Shown: in pieces, positions 12,930 to 23,774 of the stretch | Layout of the letters: the number at the start of each line of letters is the position of its first letter | Position numbering within the stretch: the stretch's first letter is position 1 | DNA from: Diplonema japonicum | Taxonomy: Eukaryota > Protista > Euglenozoa: Diplonemea | Reading direction: 5' to 3' | DNA: 64,000 nucleotides | Assembly: GCA_964019335.1 (NCBI GenBank) | Contig: OZ025674.1 | Coordinates: forward strand, 576,835 to 640,834 | Translations under genes and position numbers: made by a program | The notes under the pieces: model-generated | The model's database searches: none | The model's input: only the letters and a program-made list of their open reading frames with translations | Told to the model about the DNA's origin: nothing

Positions 12930-13717
12930 ATGTCTGGTGAGCGCAAATTAGGGAAGAAGGCCAAGCTGCCGGATGGGTGGATTACAGTGGCGCCTGTGCT
13001 GGAGGCTTTGGACAGAGATCTGAAGGATTTGTTAGCACAGGGACACGACGGGAAGAGAGTAGTAGAGATGCAGTGGCCGGTGCATCAGGTATGAATGAAG
13101 AGGGTTCATAGGGGTTTTACTTCTAAACATCACCTCAGATCAACTGGCAGAAGTCAAGGTACATTTACGACATGTTTTACATCTACAAGAAGATCAGCAA
13201 GCAAGTGTATGAGTTCTGCATCAAGAACAAGGTGGTGGACTCCAACCTGATTGCAAAGTGGAAAAAGCCTGGGTACGAGAGGCTGTGCTCAACGTACGTC
13301 ATCAACCCAAGGAACTACAACTTTGGGGGTGTGTCAATCTGCCGTGTGCCGAGGCACGACCTAGGTCCCGACCACCCTGCGGTAGAGGACAAGTTTACAG
13401 GGTGCAGGGGGTGCGCAAGTGGCAGGGGCGGGAAGAGAAATATTTTCGGTAATAAATATGGGCAGTACTTAGCCGCCATTCAGTTGAACCGAGAAGAGCG
13501 TGCAGCGAACGGCGAGGAGGTCGAGGCTGACAGCATATGGGCAACAACGGAGGACGAGGCAAAGTTCGACACAGCGAACAGAGACTCAGACGATGAGGAA
13601 GGGAACAGGAGGAAGAGAAGGCGCAAACTGCAGAGGCCGCCTACTGAATCGGAGCGTGAGACCGCGGAGCAGAATAATGAACAGAAGCCGGCTGAGGAGG
13701 CCGCTGAAGAAAAGTAG
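12930..13717 (+). CDS. BUD31: Pre-mRNA splicing factor BUD31/G10
   Basis: Intron 13089-13138 joins ..QWPVHQ to INWQKSRYIYDMFY; LIAKWKKPGYERLC, ICRVP and GCRGCASG motifs. Confidence 0.92.
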
Positions 13718-13800
13718 TGTTTGCTTGTATCGTTAATCAAATTACCAATTTTTCTTGTTATTGCAGTACAACCCATGCAACCCTCACAGGCACCACATGA

Positions 13801-16800
13801 ATGGATAAGAACCCAGCGGTGGACAGGATATGGGTGTTCCTGAACTTGAAAGATGAAAGCGTGGGGCGAGAGAAAGCAGCCTTATGGCTACTCGCTGGGA
13901 TTGAAATGACTAAGGTATGATGCAAGTTAAAACACCATAAAAGACAGGAAGTGCTGGAAGGGGTGCCCGAGGTACTGAACGAAAGAAAGCACCTGCTGAA
14001 GTTGATTGATAACATCGAGTACGAGACGGGTGTACTTGTAGATGAGCAGCTAGAAGGTGTGGAGACCAATGCATGGATAGACGCGTGCACGGGGCTGAGG
14101 GAAGGTGGCTTTACGGTCACGGAGTGTGTGGACTTGATAGCAGACGCGGCGATGCTGCTTCGGGGCGATGGGGTCAAGCTGAATGGGACGGAAATAGACA
14201 CCGCTCTGGAGGCTATTGAGATAACGTGCGATGAAGAAATAAGAAAAAACAATACAGCTGTCGACACAGAGACTATTGTAGCTGGGGCACGGCAGCTGGG
14301 CTTTGTCGCCCCTCCTAAGGCCGTGTACACTGCGGTCTTAGTTGCCGCTGCTAGGCAAGGCGCCGATCGCCCACCAATAGAGGAACTCATTGACGATGGG
14401 AATGGGCGGGTCGACCTTTTGAACGACGAGCTTGAGCTAGCAGGTGAAACCTTCGGTAGGAACAGGAAGCCGATGCGACCGCTCACTGACGACGACCTAG
14501 AGACATACGAGCACCCCCCGAACAGCGTAGGTCTCCCAAGACGCGGGAGGTTGGTTCCCTTCTGCACAGAGGAGTCTCTGGCAGAAAACGTCCTCGAGGA
14601 GACTCTGAGGTGCTGGTACGGGAAGACCCTCTCTGACCTCGACACCGTCGATGCACCCACAGTGCTTGATGAGATAGTGGCGAACATGAAAGTGCCTAAA
14701 AAGAGCGAAGGGGACGACGTGGGTGACCCCATGGGCATCTTGGCAGATGTGGCGTTTGCTTTAAACGCTCGACTGGGCCCATCGCATCCTCACCTGACTC
14801 CTGCAGGGCTCCTTGTGTTATGGATGTGCACTATGGAAGGCGTTGATATCGACCGCTTGATGAAATACAAAGATGTACCACACGCGAAGGACATGCTGCG
14901 CATGACGGACGCAGGGGGCACGAACGCCACAACGGCGGGTACGGGCGACGAGTACTCAAAGAAGTACGCGGGTAGACGAAACCAGAGCATCCTGCAGGAG
15001 ATTGCCCTCGCCATGCGAGGGATCAAAGACACTTGTGTGGTCCCTTCGTCTGCCTTGATGCTCACCCTTACCACTCTGGACGGGCTCAATAGCAGCTTCT
15101 CCAACGAGTCCATTTACTTGGAAGTGCACGTTAAGGGAATCAATCCGCAGGTGTCAGAGACCAGGATCTATGCCCACAGCATTAGCTTCTCGCAGGTCAT
15201 TATTATACCGCTTACTGCACCAACAGTGTCCATCAAAATCAGTGGGCAAACCGCATCAGGGAAATACATCGGAACTGCCGAAACGAAGTACCCGAACACG
15301 GAAGGTCAGACGCTGAGGCTCCCTTTGACCCCAGCCGAACTACATGTGCACAGGTCTTCGGCAAAGTTTGCAACGATAGGTATCACTACAGCAGAAACGA
15401 ACATGGATCCTAAAACCATGAGCGGTCTGATCGAGTCTCTAGGAGGGAGCGCTCAGAAGTTGTGGGCCAAAGACAAGCTAACAAAATGGGTGAAGGTCAC
15501 TTGCTTGCTGCAAGCGATGCAACAGCTGCAACCTCTTTCTTTGTACCGAGGGATCACGGTGCCAGCAGCAATCGCACAGCGGCACAGCGAACTGCAGAAT
15601 GGTACTCCATACACATGGTTTGCACCTTGTATTGCCTCACATGACGAGTCGGTGGCTCATCAGGGTGAGACTGCAAACTCGCTTCTGTTTAGGTCCGGTG
15701 GCACAGCCGGGATAGATGTGAAGAACATCAGTTACTACCCAGACGAGAAGACAATTATCACAGCACCTTTTGCCACCCACAATGTCGAGGGATCCCAGGG
15801 TACAGCGCCAATCTCAATTACCATGAATGATGCTCCATTGCTCCCGAGTGGTGGCATCGTGATACCTGCGGCACTGCGAAGATTTTACAACAGTTGTCTT
15901 GCTGACCTGACTAGAGCGGATGAGCAGCTGAGGAAGGCTCAGGATAGGAATTGGGCGGAACGATCGCGCCACCTTATTCAGCTTGTTGCAGATGGCGACT
16001 TGAGGCTAAAGCTTCGCGATGAGAAGCAGCACGATGTAGTGCCACAAGTAGACGCTTTACCTGACCATCTTTATGAGCGCGTAGCCGACAGGCTGGCCCC
16101 ACTCCCTCGAGGGGTCGGGCAAAGCATGCCCCATGGACTCACTCCTCTGGTGTTCTGCTCAGCCCGTACCACTGCACCCCAACTGCTGTCAGAGCTTATT
16201 CTGCTATGGTTTGATAAGGAGGGTGATGTGCTTGACGAGCTCATGGAGAATCTCATGCTGCCTGACGAAGCAACCGCTCTAACAGTCCTGTCTCACCTTG
16301 CTGCATCACTAGCTCAGTTACATGCTAACCAGCCGCGTAACTGGATGGAGATCTTGATTCTTGTTTTCATTTCTCTTGAAAGCAACGACGTAGACAGGCT
16401 GTGTCTTCTGGATGACGTGCCATCGGCATTGAGTCCCTTGGCCGAAAAGGAAGAGTATGTGTTACGAATGGAGAACAGCAGGAATGTGTCAATCTTACCT
16501 GTGTTCAGCAGTGCTTTGGCTAGCATGGCTGACTACCAGCTCAGTGCCACACTCGCTTCGAATGCATCGGAAGCTAAGAGAGCCGCACTCATCGAGCCCT
16601 ACAAGGCCTCGAAGGAAATAGTTTCTAAATGGATAAAAATCATAGGACTCACGATGGCGATGTGTGAACCGATCTCTGGTGAGCTAGTAAGGTGCGCCAC
16701 CCCAGCACCAGGTGAGACGGAGAGGATCAGTTCCATCGAGACTGGGTCTTGGGGTCTGTGGGCAGCACCTTCTTTATGTAGTAGAGAAGAAGTGCCTGTC

Positions 16801-19651
16801 GTCGCGAGGGAAGGCGCACTGAAGGTGAAGTACACTATAAAAGGAATTGTCGAAGCTTTGGACTTGTCACCTTACCGGGCACAGCACTGTCCTGGCGACA
16901 CGTCTCCTGCTATCTTGTTGCCACCATTTGTATCATACTTGATCGGCGATATTGAGGTGAATAACAACAATATGTCAATAGAGCTTCTGACCCGAGACGT
17001 GCTATCTAGCGTGCACCCAGCAATACGGAAATGGCGTGAGGCAATCGACAGCGACTCTCTAAAAGCTGACTCAAGGCTCAAGGAAGCGCATAGCATGTCT
17101 GTGAAGCTGAAGCAGCAGGAGATGGTGCGGCGACATGAGGTGAGCCTTGGGAAACGTGTCGTCTTGCCAAGTGTGCAAACCGTGCATACAACGCTAGAGA
17201 CACAGAAGGAATACAGATACTTGATTCAAGATGAAGTGCTAACCACGCACTGTGACCATGCTTCAGTGGGGACAGTTGGCAACGTGACTGATGCTGTAGT
17301 GACGAATGTATCTGATCTCAGGCGCAACATGCGCGAACTCGCTGCGGAGATGAGAGGCGAGGTGCTGCATGCTGAATACAAGCCACCGCCTCCTCCGCCA
17401 AAGGTTGTGAGCGTAGCCTTTGACGATGGGTCAATTTACCTGCTTCCCACGGAACTATTGACGGTGCACCCCGTGTCGTGGATGCCGAAGATGCCTTCGA
17501 CCGTGCAGGTGTGCATACGGTACTGCGAACTAGAAGAAGGCGTGCAAGGCGCACGTGCAAGGATGCTTATCGATGGGGGTGATGATACAAGGGTCACCGA
17601 TGCGCCCCTCAACGACCAAGCTTCGTATGCCTCCGTTTCACTAGACGAAGAAGAGCTGGACGACACACGGCCGCCTGTGCGGCCTGGGGATCCTGCACGG
17701 CCAGTTTGGGAGGAAGCTTTCGACATCGAGGTTGACAAGATCAGGCTTGCAGAGGCCCCGCTGGAGCTGCTGTTCAATGTATTTGCGGAGACCATAGAAG
17801 AGGAGATGGATGAGTATGACTACATCGTGAGGGATCTTAATGAGGGTGAGGATGAGTCTGTGATAGGCGTTGCTTCCCTAACGTTGCCTATCCACATATT
17901 GTTGGAGAATATTGACAAGCCGCGACAATTCCCCCTTGCATTGAAGCACCCCAAAGAGGGGATGCCCGACACCATGACAGTGCTTAAAGTGGGCGAAGAC
18001 CCCATCCCGTACTCTGTTGGAACCCTTCACATTTCGCTACAGATGATTAAGGATGACACAGAGGAGGAAGAGGAAGAACTGAGCGACCCCTTGGCAGAGA
18101 ATGCGGAGCCTTTAAGGTATGCTTCATGGTGAACTTCAATACAAGACAGCTGGCGGAAGGGCGAGTATGCGTCTGACAGAATTTGCACAGCGTGTGACGT
18201 GGGTGGTGAAGAATACGCTGAAGCACGCTACGTGTGTGCACAGTGCGACGCAAAGCTGTGCGAAGACTGCTGGGAGATGGACCACAAGGACCCCAAGACT
18301 CATGACCACAAGAAGTTGCTGCTGTACTATCACTGTGACTTCTGTTTCGTGGATACTGAGATGCTTAGTAGCTCAGACGGTAGACCTGCGCTGTGGGCTT
18401 GCGAAGATTGCGATCTAAACCTTTGTAAAAGCTGTTGGTACGACGAGCACAAGCATCCACAACGCCGAAGCCACGAAAAGGAGTTCCTCTATCCTGGTAC
18501 TGAGACTGGAGAATGGGCGGCTGCTACTGTTCTGGCGCAGACCGTGTCCTACCACACGGACAGGTTCTTCTCCGATGCCATATCGTTCAGGACTGCTGCC
18601 TTCCTCTTGTGCGGTGCATGTAACGAGAAAGATGCCGTGTACAGCTGGCCGGTACCTTTTGAAGGTGGTGAAGGTTTCACTCCTTTTCTGCTATGTTCAG
18701 AGCACATGGTCACACAGAAGCAAGAGCACGAAGACGACCTTGCGGAGGCTGAGGCTAACAACCTGCCTCTTCCACCTGAAAGACCAAGCCCTACTTTGTT
18801 AATGGATGCATGCTACTTGTGCAGCGGGCTTGAAGGCAAGCCTGCCGTTTATACCTGCAAGGAGTGCAATATCCCTCTTTGTTCAGTTTGCTGGAAGAAT
18901 CAGCATCGGCACCCTCAGCGAAGGAGCCATAAGAAGGAGGTGAACATGCAATCTGCGACGCATGGGTTGGCTCATGACCTTCTTTGCAAGATAGAAGATG
19001 CAGTGGCGCGCATGGAGATGGTGACAAGAGTGGAAGAGCCATTGGTATGCTATTGCTTGTTTGCTTGCTTTTTAACACAAACAGATGACGGTTGTGAAGA
19101 GGAGTAACGAAGCAGACGTGTGGAGAGCAAGGCTGCGTGCGCAAGAGGAAGGCCTTGTGCATGCTGTGGAGGTTGCCGAAATGCGCAACGAGCGAGATGA
19201 GAGGGCACGGGCGCGATCTGCACGTGACGGAGAAGTGCTCACAAAGCATAACGGGTACATAAGCAGTGGTGGCGACATCGGTATCTCGCAACGCCTCACT
19301 ATCGAAGAGGCGAAGGAGATGTGTCTAAAGATACCAGACTGCAAAGGCTTCACTTTCAAGGAAGAGCCGCACAATAATAAGGTTCGTGTATTCTTCAAAA
19401 ACACGTGGAACCTGCAAGGCAGGAGCAAAGGATGGACATCGTTCCGAAAGGAGGACAAGCCTATTCTAGGGCTGTGCCACCATGGCGCCCTCAAGGCTTA
19501 CTGCGGTGAGTGCCACAAGGAGAAGAACCAGCGGAAGCCTGTTGGTTTAGCAGCCATCGGGGCCATTGACCCAGCGGTGGGTGTTCCCAGCTACAAGGAT
19601 CCCGATGCTCTTGAGGCAAGACTTGCAAATATGATATGGAATAGTGCCTAG
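13801..19651 (+). CDS. Large (~1,914 aa) multidomain protein: two degenerate ART-like domains, C2-like domains, B-box zinc fingers, C-terminal PAN/apple-like module
   Basis: Introns 13915-13947, 18117-18149 and 19045-19084 join three ORF-track ORFs in frame; LYRGI..SYYPDEKTII; PVWEEAFDIEV; repeated CxxC..LCxxCW..H..R.H; CLKIPDCKGFTF. Confidence 0.7.
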
Positions 19652-19715
19652 ATTATTGTATTTTAAACATAGATTTTTTTTTCTTCCTCCGAATGTTATT
19701 TACTCAGCACAGAAT

Positions 19716-21380
19716 ATGGCCGACGATGAAGCTGAGAAGAGTAGCAAAAAAGAGGAAGACAAAGAAGAGAATGTAGACGAGGAGCAGGAGGTGCAAGAAA
19801 TAAAGGAAAAAGATGAAACTGCAGAAGCAGCGGAGCAAGCAGGTGAGGAGGTCAATGAAGGAGAAGTGCAAACGGAGAACGAAGCTGCACAGTCTGCAGA
19901 ACCTAAGGATCATGTACAAAGCGTAGAACAAGGGGAGGGTGACTCAACTGTTGTTGAAGCATCGCCAGAGCCCGATTCCGAGCCTGTATTAGAACCTGAC
20001 CCATCTCCTGTTCCAGAACCTGCTCCCGTACCTGAGGTTGAACCTGAAAAGACAGAGCCCGAGCCGACTCAAGAGGGCACGGCTGAAAAAACTGAAAGTG
20101 TCCCCAAAAAGAAAGGAAAGCGAAAGCGTAAAAAGAAAAAGGCACAAGATGACGAGATCGTACCACCAGAAGAAACCAATGATGCAACCGAAGAGCCACT
20201 CAAGCAATACACGTGCGAGGACTGTCTTGAAGAGGCTGCTGCTGTAGAGTGCACAACTTGTGATTTGAGGTTGTGCCAACGCTGTAGTGACATCATCCAC
20301 CAGAGGAGGGCATTTTCGTCACACTCGCTAAGTCCTATCAAGGCTGTAGCCAAACATATGTGTCTGAGATGTGGTGAGAATGCTTCCATGGCGATGTGCG
20401 ACGAGGGCTGCTTGGGTGGTGCGGCCATGTGCGTTCAGTGCTGGTTCGCTGTGCACAGCACGTCTGATAAAATAGCACACAAACCACAGTTCCTTTTGTG
20501 GCCGTGTGAAAAGTGCTACACTGAACGGCAGTGCGAAGGGACTGGCAAGGCACCCCCTGCGATATGGAAGTGCGAGACGTGCAACGTGAACCTGTGCCGT
20601 TCCTGTTGGCGCAGCGTGCACCAGGTGGGCAGTCCTGCTAGTTACCACATTCCGACGGAGCTGTATCCGAAAGAGAATAGCCCTCTGTTGTTGATGGAGA
20701 AAAGCCAGAAATGTGAGATTAGCCAACCGCCGTACCTTCCACCATCACCCCCAACAGGTACGCCTGCTGTGCACCCGAGTCCCGCAGGCCCACGCAGACA
20801 GTCGGCAGTGTCGATCGCGTCTCCTTTTTCAGCACCAGCACCATCCCCGCTGCCTTCGTCGCCCAACTCCAAAAGGGAAGGTGTTGTGCAGCACTTTTAC
20901 ACAGCAAATGACTTGAACAGAGAGGGTCCAGACCGCCGTTCACTTCATGAGAGGGTTAGTGCTACTGAGCAGGAAGCTGTTCGCCGCGAGTGGTCGCGCA
21001 CAGGGGTCAATCCTTATCACAGATACCGCCTCATGAATTACTTCAATGTGCGCTGCCCTTCGAAATTACCGTCGGTGGTGTCAACGTTACACGCTTTTGA
21101 AGGAAGAGAGAGCGAACTCTTTGCAAGACTGGCGGAAGCCCATGGAGAAGAGCCCAAATATGACCATCTTGCGCAGGCCATGCGGCCGGGATGGAGGGCC
21201 GTGCAATCCCCACAGGGCGAAGTCTTTTACTTGCACCAGCGTGGCGCCAAACAGTGGGCGCATCCCACGGCACATTCTTATTTAGCCTCATTGGCTCCTA
21301 TTTCCACACCAGCCGCTCAGCTGGCGACCTTTGGCCACAGGGGCCTCATGGTGCATGAGGACACCAAACGAACACGTTGA
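19716..21380 (+). CDS. Acidic/PE-rich protein with B-box zinc fingers and a C-terminal WW domain
   Basis: ATG 19716 after a CAG acceptor; three CxxC..CxxC..LCxxC..H..H units; PGWRAVQSPQGEVFYL..QWAHP. Confidence 0.8.
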   Translation: MADDEAEKSSKKEEDKEENVDEEQEVQEIKEKDETAEAAEQAGEEVNEGEVQTENEAAQSAEPKDHVQSVEQGEGDSTVVEASPEPDSEPVLEPDPSPVPEPAPVPEVEPEKTEPEPTQEGTAEKTESVPKKKGKRKRKKKKAQDDEIVPPEETNDATEEPLKQYTCEDCLEEAAAVECTTCDLRLCQRCSDIIHQRRAFSSHSLSPIKAVAKHMCLRCGENASMAMCDEGCLGGAAMCVQCWFAVHSTSDKIAHKPQFLLWPCEKCYTERQCEGTGKAPPAIWKCETCNVNLCRSCWRSVHQVGSPASYHIPTELYPKENSPLLLMEKSQKCEISQPPYLPPSPPTGTPAVHPSPAGPRRQSAVSIASPFSAPAPSPLPSSPNSKREGVVQHFYTANDLNREGPDRRSLHERVSATEQEAVRREWSRTGVNPYHRYRLMNYFNVRCPSKLPSVVSTLHAFEGRESELFARLAEAHGEEPKYDHLAQAMRPGWRAVQSPQGEVFYLHQRGAKQWAHPTAHSYLASLAPISTPAAQLATFGHRGLMVHEDTKRTR

Positions 21381-21520
21381 TTGTACACGTTTATTTTTTT
21401 TTCTCAAAGTTGTAGTATTTTCTTTTTTTGCCCTAACAGCTATTGTCTTTGCTACAACTTGTAGTGGCAAAAAAAGCGTTGCTCATTTTTTAAGACAGCA
21501 ATGAAAGGTAATGGAATAAT

Positions 21521-22390
21521 ATGCAACGAGTAGGCGAGTCAGTGTTATACGCTGCGGCACGGACCGGGAGCGACATCGTGTGCACACGGCTCATCCAGGA
21601 GCACTTCGGGAGGCGGGAGCCGGTGGCGGTCGATATGCCACTCGTATTGAGAGAGTTCGCACTGCAGAATAGGTACTACTTAGCGAAGCATGTGTTGGAA
21701 GTGTTGGCGGTACAAGGCACGGCACATCCCAGCTATTATTTGCATACGGCTTCGTTTGCACCCAGTTACGAAGAGGCAGAGGAAGTGTTGAGAAACATAG
21801 AGTTCAGCAACGGTGTAGCGTACTCATTGATGGCAGCTTGCATGACGAACAGGAATTCTCCAAAGGCGGAGGAGATTCTCCAGAGAATGGAAGAGAAAGG
21901 TTTAGAAGTAACATCTCAGCATTACGCTGCGCTACTGAGGTGCTACACAGACTTCGCGGACGTCGAGAGGTTGTGGAAGGAAATCATCGAGCAAAAAAAG
22001 CAAACTGTTACAACCAGCAAGATGTTCTTCCTTGCGTGTGGTGATGCTGCAAAGTCACGCCGTGATAAGTACGTGCTGCATGCAGAAGCCCACTGGAACG
22101 AAATACGGCACAAAGGGTACTACAGCAACAAATGGCTTTGGGCAGCAATGATGCGGGTCTACTGCAAGAGCCACGATGTCACGTCTGCCGAGGCCTTTTA
22201 CAGAGTGTGCCAACAGCATGCAAAAGATAACACAATCCTTCTGCGGACGCACCACCTTGAGAACTATCTGAAGCAAGCCAGGCTTCAAGGCAACGCCCCT
22301 GACGATGACGACACAAATCTAGACATCTTGTGCCTTTGGTATTTCCTGCTCAGCATGAGAGTGTACTTTTATTACAGGGGTGGGATATGA
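21521..22390 (+). CDS. Pentatricopeptide-repeat (PPR)-like protein
   Basis: YSLMAAC..AEEILQRMEEKGLEVTSQHYAALLRCY and WAAMMRVYCK..AEAFY helical repeats. Confidence 0.65.
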   Translation: MQRVGESVLYAAARTGSDIVCTRLIQEHFGRREPVAVDMPLVLREFALQNRYYLAKHVLEVLAVQGTAHPSYYLHTASFAPSYEEAEEVLRNIEFSNGVAYSLMAACMTNRNSPKAEEILQRMEEKGLEVTSQHYAALLRCYTDFADVERLWKEIIEQKKQTVTTSKMFFLACGDAAKSRRDKYVLHAEAHWNEIRHKGYYSNKWLWAAMMRVYCKSHDVTSAEAFYRVCQQHAKDNTILLRTHHLENYLKQARLQGNAPDDDDTNLDILCLWYFLLSMRVYFYYRGGI

Positions 22391-23719
22391 ATGACAGCAG
22401 CAGCCTGAGCACGTCGTCAGATGATTTCCCGACACCACAGGGAGCTAGATGGAATAGGCCAGTAGCCCGAAGTAAGACAACTGGGAATGGGGTATGAGCT
22501 TCGCTATTTGTTACACACCATTAGGTATCCACGCTTCAGGCAGTACCACGCTCTGTACCCCAGAAGCAGGCGTGGGCTCCGCCAGCACCACCGGCGGATG
22601 AGCCCAGCACGCAGCGCAAGCTGCAGTACGACGCGTCGCACTCTACGGTGTGCAGTATAGAAGTTGACAAGGAGTCGCCAGGTACCACAATTGAGGATAT
22701 TGTGCCTTTGGATAGCCTACGTCGTCTGCGAGACAGTTTCGTGACACATCATCACAAAGCAGCAGTGGGTAGTGAGCCGCAAACGCGACCTAAGCAGCTG
22801 CACGAAAGCCCTGATCGCGTTACTGATGCTGCTGCGACGCAGCCCGAGAATCAGGTACACACACAGCGCCTGAGTCACCCCAAAGACGCCAGGAACATAA
22901 CTGTGAGTTCAGTCGACGTCGCCTCGGAGATGACTCCGCAGAAGGATTTACAGAAGGTCGTGCTAGAACAGGAGGAGCGCATCCGTGACTTGGTTAAAGT
23001 ACTGCAAGAAGCATCGGCCGAAATAAAGAGGGAAAGACGCTTGCGTGAAAAACAGAAAGAAGAATACGACCGGCTGCGCAATGGGAAGGAAGGTATCGCG
23101 TCCGCTGCTATGGTGTCGATGAAGTTAGACAACGAGACACTGGCTCGTGAAGTGCAGCGGCTCCGGGCATCAGAGGCACGACAGTCTGAAATGTATGGTC
23201 AGAAATTGGAGACCATGAGGAATGCATTGCAGCACGTCGAGAAGATGAGGGAAGAAGAGGTCGAAGAGGCAATGAGAAACAGAGAGCAAATAGATGCCTT
23301 GCAGGACGAAGTACGCAGAATGAAAGAGTCAGCAAGGCAGAGGCATGTCCACCAGATAGGCACTAAGGTTAATGAAGACGCACAACTTGTAGAGCGTATG
23401 AAGAGGGCCTTGGCACCGCCACCCGACCCTGAATCCATGGCAGTGCTCATAGACAGCATGGTGCGCGAGCTGAAGCGATTGTGGCGCGAAGAGAATAAAG
23501 AGCTGCTCCTGATAAAAAGGGGAAGAAACCTTTACAGCTTCGGCGAGAGGAAACTCAACCTCCAGCTTGTGAATGGTAAGCTGGCATATCGCGCTGGTGG
23601 GGGGCACAAGGTGTGTTTTTGCATTTAATTCACTGTAACTACTGTAGGACCTGCTGACGTTTCTCGAAACGCAGGAGCGGAGCCGGCGGGCAATTGTGCA
23701 ACATGTACCTTTGATGTAG
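22387..23719 (+). CDS. Coiled-coil protein with C-terminal GAS2/GAR microtubule-binding domain
   Basis: Introns 22492-22524 and 23611-23647; spliced C-terminus LYSFGERKLNLQLVNGKLAYRAGGGHK|DLLTFLE matches the GAR pattern. Confidence 0.7.
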
Positions 23720-23774
23720 AATAGAACATAGAGTCTTATTGTGAGGGCACAAGCATTTTAACGACACCACAGGA

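Noticed and set aside
13758-14738. 326-aa minus-strand ORF and similar antisense ORFs (e.g. 55478-56437, 56107-56853)
   Set aside because: Antisense shadows of real + strand coding regions, with no motifs
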